Positions 27,500 to 38,331 of a stretch of 64,000 nt of DNA are shown one piece after another. The translations under genes were made by a program, and so were the position numbers. The number at the start of each line of letters is the position of its first letter. The stretch's first letter is position 1. Source of the stretch: an uncultured delta proteobacterium (lineage in GTDB: Bacteria > Desulfobacterota > WTBG01 > CAIYCZ01 > CAIRTM01); the NCBI GenBank assembly GCA_963723235.1, contig CAVRPV010000017.1, positions 17,084 through 81,083 on the forward strand. Reading direction: 5' to 3'. The notes beneath the pieces were generated by a model. That model was not told where the DNA came from. It saw nothing but the letters and a program-made list of their open reading frames with translations, and did not search any database.

Positions 27500-28447
27500 T
27501 TATGGCTTTGCAGAGCCTGCACCGAAGCCCTGCTCAGTGCCCTTCATGACCGTGAGGGCGGAAGCCACCATCGTGGAAATATCGGTAAGGTTCGATGGCA
27601 CGATCATGGTGTTGTTGGTTTTGGCGAGGTTGCCGAACTGCTGGAGGTAGAGCTCGGCCACGCGCAGGTTTACGGCTTGCATGCCGTTGGGCTGGCCGAT
27701 GGATTTAGATATTTCGCCAATGCCGGCGGCGGTGGCCTCGGCCACCAGCAGAATCTCCCGGGCACGGCCTTCGGCCTCATTGATGCGCCGCTGTTTTTCA
27801 CCCTCAGAGCGCAGGATGAACTCCTGTTTTTCGCCCTCGGAGCGGTTGATCTTGGATTGGCGGTCACCTTCCGATTCAAGAATCAGCGCCCGTTTTTCAC
27901 GCTCGGCGCGCATCTGCTTTTCCATGGCCTCGCGGATCGACTGCGGGGGCTCGATGTTCTTCACCTCATAGCGCATGACCTTGACACCCCAGGGATCCGA
28001 GGCTTTGTCAACGGCCTCAACGATGGAACCGTTAATGGTGTCACGTTCCTCGAAGGTCTTGTCAAGGTCGAGCTTGCCGATGACTGAGCGCATTGTGGTC
28101 TGCGCCATCTGCATGGAAGCGAACTGATAGTTATTGATGCCATAGCTGGCGTTTTTGGGGTCCACGACCTGCAGGTACAGTATGCCGTCAACCTCGACGG
28201 GGATATTGTCCCTGGTGATACAGGTCTGCGGTGGCACGTCTATGGCCTGTTCCTTCAGGTTGAGCTTATAGGACACACGGTCGATAAAGGGAATGAGGAT
28301 ATGGAAGCCCGCTTCGAGCGTTGATGAGTATTTGCCCAGCCGCTCTACGATGAATGCGCTTTTCTGCGGCACGATCATAACGGTTTTGAGAAAGGCGGTT
28401 ATGATAAAAATGACCAGACCGGCAAGTATTATTGTTGTAATCGACAT
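27500..28447 (-). CDS. SPFH/band-7 (stomatin/prohibitin-like) membrane protein
   Basis: 315 aa with an N-terminal TM segment, an SPFH core ('IVPQKSAFIVERLGKY...') and a Glu/Arg-rich coiled coil. Confidence 0.9.
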   Translation of the reverse strand: MSITTIILAGLVIFIITAFLKTVMIVPQKSAFIVERLGKYSSTLEAGFHILIPFIDRVSYKLNLKEQAIDVPPQTCITRDNIPVEVDGILYLQVVDPKNASYGINNYQFASMQMAQTTMRSVIGKLDLDKTFEERDTINGSIVEAVDKASDPWGVKVMRYEVKNIEPPQSIREAMEKQMRAEREKRALILESEGDRQSKINRSEGEKQEFILRSEGEKQRRINEAEGRAREILLVAEATAAGIGEISKSIGQPNGMQAVNLRVAELYLQQFGNLAKTNNTMIVPSNLTDISTMVASALTVMKGTEQGFGAGSAKP

Positions 28448-28503
28448 AGTGAAGGAACTCCTTGTATGTGTGGTGTTTGGAAGTAAGTGCTGCGCCAGGC
28501 TGT

Positions 28504-28962
28504 TTACAGGCGCGTAACTTTGAAGCGCAGTCCGTTTCTGTCAATGATTTTTACGCGAGTATCAACTTCGATACTGTCATCGGCCTCGGCATCCCAGGCA
28601 ACTCCGTTGAATTCAACCTTGCCGGGCCGGGCGGGCTCTATGCGGATTGTTACGAGTGCCTCACGTCCGAAAATATCCTCTATATTTTTGCCCGCCGCCT
28701 CCTGCCGTGAGGTTACGTTGCCCAGAAACACGGTCTTGAGCTTTCTGCGGAGCAGTACCAGCAACAGCAGGGATGATACCCCGAAAACCATGAGCTGCGC
28801 AGGCAGTCCGATACCGAATACCAGATAGAACACGGTTACGACCCAGGCACCCAGTCCGAAAAACATCAAAATGAGCGCTGGAGCAAACAACTCGGTTAGC
28901 AGCATGGCAAGCCCTGCGATAAACCAGAGCAATCCAGGATTGGTCACAAGATTTAAAAACAT
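28504..28962 (-). CDS. NfeD-family membrane protein
   Basis: 152 aa with three to four TM helices and a C-terminal OB-like segment 'GKVEFNGVAWDAEADD'. It lies upstream of the SPFH gene, the classic pairing. Confidence 0.85.
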   Translation of the reverse strand: MFLNLVTNPGLLWFIAGLAMLLTELFAPALILMFFGLGAWVVTVFYLVFGIGLPAQLMVFGVSSLLLLVLLRRKLKTVFLGNVTSRQEAAGKNIEDIFGREALVTIRIEPARPGKVEFNGVAWDAEADDSIEVDTRVKIIDRNGLRFKVTRL

Positions 28963-29193
28963 TGTTTCCCCCTCTTTTCAAGGCTTTGCACCCGCCCTGT
29001 TTGACCGGGCATCACCTTCGCTGTTAAGAAGTTTTTTGAGATGGTGCAAGTATAGGCAGGACGCCCGTGCATGTCAATCAAATTAAACAATTCAGCGCCC
29101 GGATGTATGGGTGTGACGGGTCCGACGGTTGTGTATATCGAGTTGGCCAAAGGCAATAACCCGCACAAAAGAATACCGGCATGCCCTTCCCTG

Positions 29194-30210
29194 CTAACAG
29201 ATACGCGGGAGCTGGTCTGACACGAGAGAATCGAGAATGCGCTTGCCGCGCGAGCGCGTCTGAAGATACACCCGGGGCTGATCACCCTTCGCCTCAGATA
29301 TCTCGCCAATCACGGCGGCATTGTTCCCCAGCGGATGAGAACGCAGCCGGCTGAGCACCGCAGAGGCTGCCTCACGGGCAACAATGAGAACAATCGTTCC
29401 CTCATTGGCAAGATACCATGGACTCATCCCGAGCATCTCACACAGCCCCTCCACGGGCGGTTTCACCGGCATGTCTTGTTCCACCAGCAGCACATCGTGA
29501 CCTGATTTCAAGGAGATTTCATTCATCACCGTTGCCACGCCGCCGCGGGTTGCATCCCGCATGAATTTAACCTCTCCAGGGAACTGCTCAAGAATCGGCA
29601 AAACCAAGTCATGCAGTGATGCACAGTCGCTTGTAATATCGGCCTGTATGTTAAGCTCGCCGCGCGCAAGCACAATGGCCGCACCGTGATCCCCGATGTC
29701 ACCTGACACGATGACAACATCACCTTCTGAAATACGCCCCGTCCCGAGGTCTGTTCCGGGATACAGGCTGCCGATACCGGCAACCGTAATAAAAACACCG
29801 TCCCCTTTGCCGCGCTCCACTACCTTGGTATCCGCTGCAACCACCTCAACGCGGGCAGCCCGACATTCGCGTGAGAAACTTTGGACAATCAGGGAGAGTT
29901 TTTCAATCTCAAAGCCCTCTTCGATGATAAATCCAACCGTCAAATATTTTGGAACAGCGCCGCATACCACCAGATCATTGACCGTACCGCATACGGCGAG
30001 TTTCCCAATGTCGCCTCCGGGGAAAAACAGCGGGCGCACCGTAAACCCGTCTGTTGTGGCTACTAAGCGCTCGCTGCCAAGGGTGACCACTGCCGCGTCG
30101 TCGGCCTCATCAAGCGCGTTACTGCGCAGATGCGGCTTAAAAACCTCATCAATCAGGCGCTGTGTCAGCTTTCCGCCCGAGCCATGTCCTAACGTAATTT
30201 TCGCGCTCAT
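29194..30210 (-). CDS. hypE: Hydrogenase maturation protein HypE
   Basis: 338 aa, AIR-synthase-like, with the C-terminal 'PRIC'. Confidence 0.93.
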   Translation of the reverse strand: MSAKITLGHGSGGKLTQRLIDEVFKPHLRSNALDEADDAAVVTLGSERLVATTDGFTVRPLFFPGGDIGKLAVCGTVNDLVVCGAVPKYLTVGFIIEEGFEIEKLSLIVQSFSRECRAARVEVVAADTKVVERGKGDGVFITVAGIGSLYPGTDLGTGRISEGDVVIVSGDIGDHGAAIVLARGELNIQADITSDCASLHDLVLPILEQFPGEVKFMRDATRGGVATVMNEISLKSGHDVLLVEQDMPVKPPVEGLCEMLGMSPWYLANEGTIVLIVAREAASAVLSRLRSHPLGNNAAVIGEISEAKGDQPRVYLQTRSRGKRILDSLVSDQLPRIC

Positions 30211-30434
30211 GTCAGCCTGTTCACCTCGTCCAGAAGCTCAAGCGTGTCGCGCGCTGAATCCTCATCAAGCTTGGCGATTGCAGAACCGATGTGAATCATC
30301 AGCCAGTCACCGACCTTCAGGTCTTCGTCCGCAATCAGCGCTATCGAAACCGCCCTGCGCACCCCCTGGGTTTCAACCGTAGCCCTGAAAGGGGGCATAA
30401 TTTCCACGATCTGCATTGGAATTCCAAGACACAT
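30207..30434 (-). CDS. hypC: Hydrogenase assembly chaperone HypC
   Basis: It starts 'MCLGIPMQIVEI' with AAGGAGG upstream. The track ORF extends to 30509, but the conserved N-terminal Met-Cys fixes the start. Confidence 0.9.
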   Translation of the reverse strand: MCLGIPMQIVEIMPPFRATVETQGVRRAVSIALIADEDLKVGDWLMIHIGSAIAKLDEDSARDTLELLDEVNRLT

Positions 30435-30436
30435 AG

Positions 30437-31544
30437 CTACGACCTCCTTGTGACTGCGGCGCCGAACCGGCTCCAGATATGACAGGCCCCCTCTTCGGAA
30501 ACCATGCACGGCCCGACAGGATCCATCATTGTACAGTTTTTTTCAAATAAAGCACAGTCACTCGGATAGGACTGCCCGAGAACGACCGTGTGACAAAGAC
30601 ATCCCGTGGGCACATCTGAGCCCGCTGTGTCCTCCAGGCTCACACCATACTTTGCACGGGCATCAAAGGTCCGATAGGCGTCGGTCAAAAAAAGTCCCGA
30701 GTCCTCGACCCAGCCAATGGCACGCCAGAACGCCCGTTCCACCCGAAAAACCTTGTCCATCCATGACTGTGCCGACCTGTTGCCCCCGGGTTTCACGTAG
30801 CGGGCGTATTCATTCGCAAGCTCCGCCCTGCCCCGCTCCAGCATTCGCATGATCATCTCCAGGGCCGTAAGTATATCCACCGGTTCAAACCCTGCAACCG
30901 CGACCGGAAGATTGTACTTCGCAGGAAACCGCTCCCAATCCTGCGCGCCCGTGATCACCGCAACATGGCCGGGTGCAAGCAGACCATCCAGAGTATGTAC
31001 CACCCCGGCCTCCCAGCACCAAAGCCTCCACCGCAGGCGCAGTCAGTTTAAGGGCTGTCAGCAGCGAAAAATTGGACGGCACCGGCTGGCTGAACAGTGC
31101 CGCCATGGGAGCCGCTGTTGTTTCAAATCCAACGGCAAACAGGACAAATTCGCGCCCGGGTTCTTTCTTCGCCGCCTCAACAGCATCGTCGGGACTGTAA
31201 ATGATTCGCACATCAGCGCCTTCGGATCTCGCGTCCATCAATGCGCCGTATTTCGTGCGGACGCGCAGCATGTCCCCGAAACTCAAAATGGTCACGCCCC
31301 GTTTTGCAATTTCAATCGCTTCACCGATATCATGTTCCGCGCACACACATACAGGGCATCCGGGCCCAGGTATCAGCTCGAGCTGCTCCGGCAGCAGGTC
31401 GCGCAGGCCCCATTCGGCAATCGAGCGCTCGTGGGAACCGCAGACATTCATGACCTTTATCCTGCGGTTAATGGCAGCGCACCGCCTGTGTATGGACGCT
31501 GCCAGCAAGTCCATGGATTTTTGATCGCGGTATTTGTTCTCCAT
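30437..31544 (-). pseudogene. hypD: Hydrogenase maturation protein HypD, with an apparent +1 frameshift at 31012-31014
   Basis: The N-part has 'NVCGSHE' and 'GPGCPVCV'. The C-part has 'PGHVAVITG', 'AGFEPVDIL' and 'CMVSEEGAC'. The join is '...AVEALVL|EAGVVHTLDGLLAPGHV' at a G3 run on the coding strand. Span is 1108 nt (3n+1). Confidence 0.88.
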
Positions 31545-31548
31545 TATC

Positions 31549-33810
31549 TCAGGCCCTCTTTTCCTGATGTGCGGCTACAAGAATCTGCCCCAGCGCAATC
31601 CCGCCATCGTTAGGCGGAATCAGCTGGTGAGAATATACCTCAAACCCGTCATTCAGCAATGCCTTTCTGGTATGGCTGAGAAGCAGCGAGTTTTGAAACA
31701 CGCCGCCTGAAAGCACAACCCTTTTGTGCCCGGCCGCGCGGGCCACGGAGCGGATCATCTCCACAAGGGTTGCGTGAAAACGCCGGGCAACACTGCGGGC
31801 GTCTTTTTCCTGCACAATCAGGGCAATCGCGGGCCGCCAGTCAATCACTGACACCCCGCCCGTGTTGCGAAGTTCGAAGGGATACGGTGTACCCAGCTCC
31901 CCATCGGCCGCGTGTTCCAGCATCATCGCAGCCTGGCCCTCAAAGGTCGAACGGCGGCATATACCCGATATCGCCGAGACAGCGTCAAAAAGCCGGCCTG
32001 CACTTGTCGTGCGCACTGTATTCATGCCCGTCGCAAGCATCGACGTCATGACCTTCAACTCATCCGGCGTAAACATCTCCTGAAGGCATGCGCTCTCAGC
32101 CGCGCCCTGAGTTTCTGTAAGAACCCCGAGGGCGGAGCGCCGCGGCTCGCGCACAGCAGCATCTGCGCCGGCAAGCCCGAAAGGCAGCAAATGCGCTACG
32201 CGCTTACAGGATGCGTAGGAACCGGCCAGGAACTCGCCGCCCCAGACCGTTCCGTCCGTGCCATAGCCTGTTCCATCCCATGTCACGGCAAGGACATCAC
32301 CTTCAAGATGGTTTTCAAACATGCATGCGGCCATATGAGCATGGTGATGCTGCACCTCGACCAGCGGAATATTGGCAGCCTGCGCGAACGAATGCGCATA
32401 GCGATGTGAAAAATAGGACGGATGCATATCAGTTGCAACCATGTCCGGGGCCCAGGAAAAAAGTTTCTTGAAATCGGCGATGACGCGCTGAAAGGCCTCA
32501 AACGCTTCACCGGTTTCCAGATCGCCGATGTGCTGACTCATGACGATAAAATCATGCTGGGAAATGGCGATCGCATTTTTCAGATCACCTCCGGTTGCAA
32601 GCATGCGGGGAAGACGGCGGCCTGCTGGAAAGGGAAGCGGGGCGTATCCGCGCGCACGGCGCAGCATAATGATCTGACCGTCAACCACGCGTGCAATGGA
32701 GTCATCCGCATGCCGCACAATCGGGCGGTCATGCACAAGAAACGCGTCTGCGAATGCAAGACGTTTGACAGCTTCGTTTTCATCCGTGCACATGGGTTCA
32801 TCGGCAAGGTTGCCGCTGGTTGCCACCACCGGGTTGCCGAGCTTTGAGAGCATCAGAAAATGAAGCGGCGTATAAGGAAGCATGCATCCAAGGCAGGGAT
32901 TTCCCGGCGCAATCACGTCAGGGAGGTTAGACTCCGGGCGCTTCTTTAAAAGAACAATCGGCGCCTCCGGGCCTGAGAGCAAAACCTCCTCGGCATCATC
33001 CACGAAGCAATGTTTTTTCACAGCTGCAATGTCAGGAAACATCAGCGCAAAGGGCTTGTACTCGCGCGTCTTCAGGCTGCGCAGGCGCTCAAGCGCTGCG
33101 ATGTTGAAGGCGTCCGCCATGATATGAAAACCGCCCAGGCCTTTTACCGCTACAATCTCTCCGGCGCGAATATCTGCAACCGCACGCTCAAGGGGATCCG
33201 CACCGTCAAAAGAAGCACCGCCCGGAAGCAGATATCTCAGCTGCGGACCGCAGCAAGGGCATGCCAGAGGCTGTGCGTGAAAACGCCTGTCCTGAGGATT
33301 TTCATATTCCTCCTTACAGGCTGGACAAAGGGGGAAACCCTGCATGGACGTGTTGGGCCGGTCATAGGGTATATCCGTCATGATGGTAAAACGCGGTCCG
33401 CACTGCGTACAGTTGGTAAACGGGTAGGAAAAACGCCGCTCGGATGGCTCCTGTATTTCCGCAAGGCACTCCGGACACGTCGCAATATCAGACAGGAGCG
33501 TAAACATCTTCTCACCGCCGGCATCGCTGTGGCATATCTGAAAATCAGCAAAACCAGCAAGCTGGTGGAAGGAAAATTCAAAGGAGAAGATACGGGCGGC
33601 TGCGGGTGCCTCGGCGCGCAGTCGTTTTAAAAAGGCCTCAAGCGTTTGGCGGTCTGCTTCGGCTTCCACGCAAACGCCGGCGGAGTTGTTCAAAACCCGG
33701 CCGCATATCCCAAGCTCAACAGCCAGCCGATACACAAAAGGTCGAAACCCAACCCCCTGCACAACGCCTCTAATCTGACAGACAAGCCGGGTTTTTTCGT
33801 CCTTAATCAT
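31549..33810 (-). CDS. hypF: Carbamoyltransferase HypF
   Basis: 753 aa with an acylphosphatase N-domain ('VRGVVQGVGFRPFV'), two CxxC-CxxC zinc fingers, and YrdC-like and Kae1-like domains. Confidence 0.95.
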   Translation of the reverse strand: MIKDEKTRLVCQIRGVVQGVGFRPFVYRLAVELGICGRVLNNSAGVCVEAEADRQTLEAFLKRLRAEAPAAARIFSFEFSFHQLAGFADFQICHSDAGGEKMFTLLSDIATCPECLAEIQEPSERRFSYPFTNCTQCGPRFTIMTDIPYDRPNTSMQGFPLCPACKEEYENPQDRRFHAQPLACPCCGPQLRYLLPGGASFDGADPLERAVADIRAGEIVAVKGLGGFHIMADAFNIAALERLRSLKTREYKPFALMFPDIAAVKKHCFVDDAEEVLLSGPEAPIVLLKKRPESNLPDVIAPGNPCLGCMLPYTPLHFLMLSKLGNPVVATSGNLADEPMCTDENEAVKRLAFADAFLVHDRPIVRHADDSIARVVDGQIIMLRRARGYAPLPFPAGRRLPRMLATGGDLKNAIAISQHDFIVMSQHIGDLETGEAFEAFQRVIADFKKLFSWAPDMVATDMHPSYFSHRYAHSFAQAANIPLVEVQHHHAHMAACMFENHLEGDVLAVTWDGTGYGTDGTVWGGEFLAGSYASCKRVAHLLPFGLAGADAAVREPRRSALGVLTETQGAAESACLQEMFTPDELKVMTSMLATGMNTVRTTSAGRLFDAVSAISGICRRSTFEGQAAMMLEHAADGELGTPYPFELRNTGGVSVIDWRPAIALIVQEKDARSVARRFHATLVEMIRSVARAAGHKRVVLSGGVFQNSLLLSHTRKALLNDGFEVYSHQLIPPNDGGIALGQILVAAHQEKRA

Positions 33811-34624
33811 GCCGCTTCATGGTGTGCAGATAATCAAGCCACGCGTCCATACCCTCACCGGTGCGCGCACTCAGCTCGATGATGCGCGCCCGGGAGCCGG
33901 ACTTGCGGATATAGGAATGGCACAGCTCCATGTCCCAGTCCAGGTGAGGGATCAGATCCGTCTTTGTGATCAGCACCACATCGGCGCGATTGAACAGAAC
34001 GGGATACTTAACCGGTTTGTCCTCACCTTCGGCCACTGAAAGCACCGCTACCCGAACATGTTCCCCCAGGTCAAACGATGCCGGACACACCAGGTTTCCA
34101 ATGTTTTCAATCAACAGAATATTGATATGCGCATCCTCATAGCTCCCGAGTTCCCGGGAGATCATGGCCGCATCCAGGTGGCAGCTCCGGTAGGTGTTGA
34201 TCTGCTTGACCATACTCCCCCTGCCCTGAAGCCTTTGGGCATCAAGATCCGTTTCCTGGTCCCCCACAAGTATTGCCACCGTGCAATCCTGCGGCAGACG
34301 CTCCAGGGTTTTCTCAAGCAATGTCGTCTTACCGGCACCGGGCGAACTCATCAGATTCAGCGCTGTAATATGATGCCTGTCCAGCCATTGGCGGTTTTCA
34401 ATTGCGATGTCGTTATTCTTACTCAGGACATCCTGCTCGACCCTGATCTTCCGTCCATGCTCGTGTTGGGGCTGATCATTATCGTGCGAATGCCAGTATT
34501 CCCTGCCATCAGGGCCACAATGGCTGTGACCGTGATCATGACTATGATCATGATCATGCTTGTGTCCGTGTGTATTGGCTGCATCTCCACAGCCGCAATC
34601 AATGCACATACTACTCAACCTCAA
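33803..34624 (-). CDS. hypB: Hydrogenase nickel-incorporation GTPase HypB
   Basis: It has a His-rich stretch 'HGHKHDHDHSHDHGHSH' and the P-loop 'SSPGAGKTTLL'. The start is probably the 'MCIDCGC' ATG at 34609. Confidence 0.93.
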   Translation of the reverse strand: MRLSSMCIDCGCGDAANTHGHKHDHDHSHDHGHSHCGPDGREYWHSHDNDQPQHEHGRKIRVEQDVLSKNNDIAIENRQWLDRHHITALNLMSSPGAGKTTLLEKTLERLPQDCTVAILVGDQETDLDAQRLQGRGSMVKQINTYRSCHLDAAMISRELGSYEDAHINILLIENIGNLVCPASFDLGEHVRVAVLSVAEGEDKPVKYPVLFNRADVVLITKTDLIPHLDWDMELCHSYIRKSGSRARIIELSARTGEGMDAWLDYLHTMKRHD

Positions 34625-34952
34625 AGCTGATAAGTTTAAAGTCCCTGCCTTTAGTTACCATAAGATTCATTGACCCGCAATGGCAACACTCAATCTCAAA
34701 GGGCTCAGGATTGGATATGCCTCGGCAGTCACCGCACTCGGCCGTCAAAGGTACCTCCTCAACATTCAGTACAGCGCCATCTAATGCGGTACCATGTGCG
34801 ACCATAGGGAAACAAAATTCAAGAGACTCACGCATCACACCGCTGAGTGCCCCGATACTGACGTCAACGCTCAGGATCTTCCGGCAGCCGTTCTGCTCCG
34901 CCAGTTCAGTAACCTGATCGACAAGTGCCTGTGCGAGGGACAACTCATGCAT
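34611..34952 (-). CDS. hypA: Hydrogenase nickel insertion protein HypA
   Basis: 113 aa with 'MHELSLAQALV' and the zinc site 'CGDC...CCHCGS'. Confidence 0.93.
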   Translation of the reverse strand: MHELSLAQALVDQVTELAEQNGCRKILSVDVSIGALSGVMRESLEFCFPMVAHGTALDGAVLNVEEVPLTAECGDCRGISNPEPFEIECCHCGSMNLMVTKGRDFKLISFEVE

Positions 34953-34961
34953 GGAATAGCC

Positions 34962-35462
34962 TTAGCTCCGGGCTCGCTTCGACTCCAGCGCAATACCGGA
35001 GGCCTCCAGCTCATCTCGAAGCAGCCCGACAAGAACGTCAACCTTGGGCTGAATGGTGGCAGTCATTTCCAAACCGGTGTCAAGAGACTCGGGTACGATC
35101 CCCAGAAGCACAATATGTTCTGGAAGTTGAGAGCCAACAGCGGTACACGTGAGGAGATCGGAAAGCCCGATTTGATGCGGAGATATTCGCTCACCGAGCA
35201 TGGTCATAACATCGCTGCCGGAAAAGCGCCGGATCGTTCCCGGCGCCTGCCCGTCTGCACACATGGCATCCACGACGATAACGTGTGTCTTGCCCTCAAA
35301 ATAGGGAACGAGGTCAAGGCCCATCGTGCCGCCGTCAATAACCTCCACCCCGTCGGGTATGGTAAAAGTTTGCTGAAAGCGGTTAATGACATGCACCCCC
35401 ACGCCCTCGTCGCTCAGCAGGATATTGCCGATTCCAAGCACGAGAACGCGGGGCGCGGACAT
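34962..35462 (-). CDS. hybD: [NiFe] hydrogenase maturation endopeptidase (HybD/HyaD family)
   Basis: 'VLVLGIGNILLSDEGVGVHV' and 'VDAM'. It lies directly downstream of the large subunit. Confidence 0.9.
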   Translation of the reverse strand: MSAPRVLVLGIGNILLSDEGVGVHVINRFQQTFTIPDGVEVIDGGTMGLDLVPYFEGKTHVIVVDAMCADGQAPGTIRRFSGSDVMTMLGERISPHQIGLSDLLTCTAVGSQLPEHIVLLGIVPESLDTGLEMTATIQPKVDVLVGLLRDELEASGIALESKRARS

Positions 35463-35464
35463 AC

Positions 35465-37166
35465 TCAGAGCGCCTGTACCTTGACCCGGCGTCCCGTCTT
35501 AGGATCATGCATGTGAATCGCACATGCAAGGCAGGGATCAAACGAATGGATCGTGCGAATGACTTCCAAGGGCCTGTCGGGGTCGGCAACGGGAGTTCCA
35601 ATAAGAGATGCCTCGTAGGGACCGAGTTCATCATGCTCGTTGCGCGGGCCCGCGTTCCACGTTGACGGGACAACGCACTGGTAGTTCTTGAGCTTGCCAT
35701 TTTTAATGACACACCAGTGCGACAGCACGCCGCGGGGAGCCTCATGCATTCCCACGCCCTGCTGCTCACCTTTCGGAAACACCGGCGGATTAAACGTGTC
35801 CGTATCGCCCTTGCCGATATTTTCTATGAGCAGGTTATACTGATTATTGAGTGATTCATAGAGCACGCCCGCCCGTACAGCGCGCGCTGCGTGCCGCCCG
35901 ATGGTCGAATGAAGCGCTTCAAGCGGAATTTTGGTTCCGGCGAGACTTTCGACAATGGAGATCAAACGTCCGAGATGTTTCTTCGTGGGCGCATGTCCGG
36001 CTGCATACATGCAGAGCACATGCGCAAGCGGACCAACCTGGGCAGGCTTGCCTTTAAACGTCGGAGCTTTTACCCACGAGTATTTTCCATTATCCTGAAA
36101 ATCAGTGTAATCAGGCTCCGTCTCACCTTTATAAGGATGCAGGTTCGCATCACCCTTGTACCAGGCATGTTTGACGCTCTCGCTGACATTCTCTGCGAAA
36201 GCCGGATCATTAAAGCCGCTAATCGGCGTAAACGTACTGAGATCACCGTTGCTGATATAGCCGCCGGGAAGCTCAAACTTTGTCCCTTTGGTGTCAAGCG
36301 GCAGTTCCGGCACGCACAGATAGTTCGTCACGCCCTTGCCGTAGGCAGTCCAATCAGCGTAGAACGCTCCGATTGCCGCAACGTCGACCATGTAGACTTC
36401 GTTCACGAACGTGCCGAGCTCATCGATCAGCGTCTTGATTTGCGTGAGCTGGGTCATTGTCAGCGTGTTCGGCTCATTCAGGTTGATCGGGTTGGCAACG
36501 CCGCCCACCGCGAGATTCTGAATATGCGGGTGTTTTGCTGCCAAGTATTGTTACAATCTGATTGGCCTTGCGCTGAATCTGCAAAGCCTGCAGGTAATGG
36601 GCGGCCGCCAGAAGGTTCACTTCCGGTGAGAGCTTCATCGCCGGATGCCCCCAGTAGCCGTTGGCGTATATGCCGAGCTGCCCGCTGCCCACGAATGTCT
36701 TCAGGCGCTCCTGCACGGCAGCCATCTCCTTGCGGCTGTTGCCGGTCCAGCTTGAAAGGCTCTCGCCGATCCTGGATGCCTCGTTGGGGTCGGCCTTCAG
36801 GGCGGACACGAGGTCAACCCAGTCAAGTGCGGACAGGTGATAGAAATGGACGATGTGGTCATGCATCGCGTGCGCGGTCATGATCAGGTTGCGGATGTAC
36901 TGCGCGTTCAGGGGAATTTCCAGCTGCAGCGCATTCTCAACGGAACGAACCGAGGCCATCGCATGCACCGTGGTGCACACACCGCAGATGCGCTGGGCAA
37001 ACAGCCAGGCCTCACGCGGGTCGCGGCCCTTCAGGATTACCTCAATTCCGCGCCACATCTGCCCGGATGACCATGCATTTGTCACCTTACCCTGGTCGAT
37101 GTCGCAATCCACCCGCAAGTGACCTTCAATTCGTGTAACCGGATCAATTGTAATTCTCTTGGCCAT
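35465..37166 (-). pseudogene. hybC: [NiFe] hydrogenase large subunit, with an apparent +1 frameshift at 36533-36536
   Basis: The N-terminus has 'RIEGH' and 'RICGVCTTVH'. The C-terminus has 'DPCLACAIH', with Cys rather than Sec. The join is '...ANQIVTILGSK|HPHIQNLAVGGV' at an A4 run on the coding strand. Span is 1702 nt (3n+1). Confidence 0.92.
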
Positions 37167-37189
37167 GAACGCCTCTCCTTCTTTGTAAG

Positions 37190-38331
37190 TTACGCATGCT
37201 CCGCTTTAGGAAGCACTGACAGAAATTTCACGAGAAAAAGATATCCCATTATTTCGAATGAAATTAAGCCGAACGTTATCAGCAACTCAGACGCTGAAGG
37301 GAAATACCTCCAGCCAAAACCGGGGTACAGCCCGACAAGGTACACGTTAAACCGGTAGATGCTGCCGGCAAACAGCGCGGACATGGCGCTGAGGAAAAGC
37401 GTCCGAGGCTCGCTGCGGCGCTTTGCGGACGCCAGCACTACGATTGGGATGATATAGAGTATGTTCTCGATCCAGAACATGATGCCGCAAAGATCAAACT
37501 GCATCGCAAGTCCCAATACCCCGCGTGACGCCAGTTCAATGAACCGCCCTGCAAGGTAAAGGCCGAGCAGCCAGGGAATGATACCGGCAAGTTTAGCCAG
37601 CATCGGCGTTTCCAGCGGACGCCCGAACCCGACCGATGACCACAGGGATTCAAACACCACCATGGCATATCCCATGGAATACAGGTGATCAGGAAAAACG
37701 CCGGAAGCCAGGTCGTCTGCCACAGCGGATACAGCTTATGCCCGGAGATGATCATCAGGGAGCCCAGCGATGACTGATGCATCGTGGGCAGCAACATGCC
37801 CAGACCGATAAAAACAAACATCCATCTGTTTAAGGGCCGGAGCCATTCGGGCTTGAACTTTTCGATAATTGCCGGCGAAAATTCGATCCACAGCACTGTG
37901 GTGTATGCCATCACGCACATGGCGATTTCAAACAGCGCCGAATTGAAATTCATGCGCCAGGGCAGGAAGAGATTATACGTATTCCAGTAGCGTCCGAGAT
38001 CGATCATCACGGACGTGCCGGCGAGCGTGTAGCCGAACGCGCCCGTCAGAAGTGCCGAGCGCACCAGCGGATGGTACTGGCCGCGGTTGAGGGCGTATAC
38101 CAGCAGGGCCACAGCGTAGCCGCCGCAGCCGATTGCGGTTCCGACCACCACGTCGTAGGCGATCCAGATACCCAGCGCGAAGCCGTCGTTCATGCCGCTC
38201 ACCGGCCCCAGACCGACGAAGAAGCGTTTCAGGATCAGCACGGCTCCGAGAATAAAAATTACAGCCGCAGCCACAAAGGGGCGGGTCAGGATTTTTCCAC
38301 CCATTGGCTGGAACTCGTCATGATGGCTCAT
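37190..38331 (-). pseudogene. hybB: Hydrogenase membrane subunit (HybB/NrfD-family), with an apparent -1 frameshift near 37675-37682
   Basis: Both pieces are polytopic hydrophobic ORFs. The join is '...LWQTTWLPAFFLITCI|SMGYAMVVFESLW'. Span is 1142 nt (3n+2). Confidence 0.85.

Noticed and set aside
36474-36544. Selenocysteine or programmed recoding at the break in the hydrogenase large subunit.
   Set aside because: The C-terminal nickel motif is DPCLACAIH with Cys codons. The break is a frame change at an A4 run, not an in-frame TGA, and no SECIS-like context is apparent.
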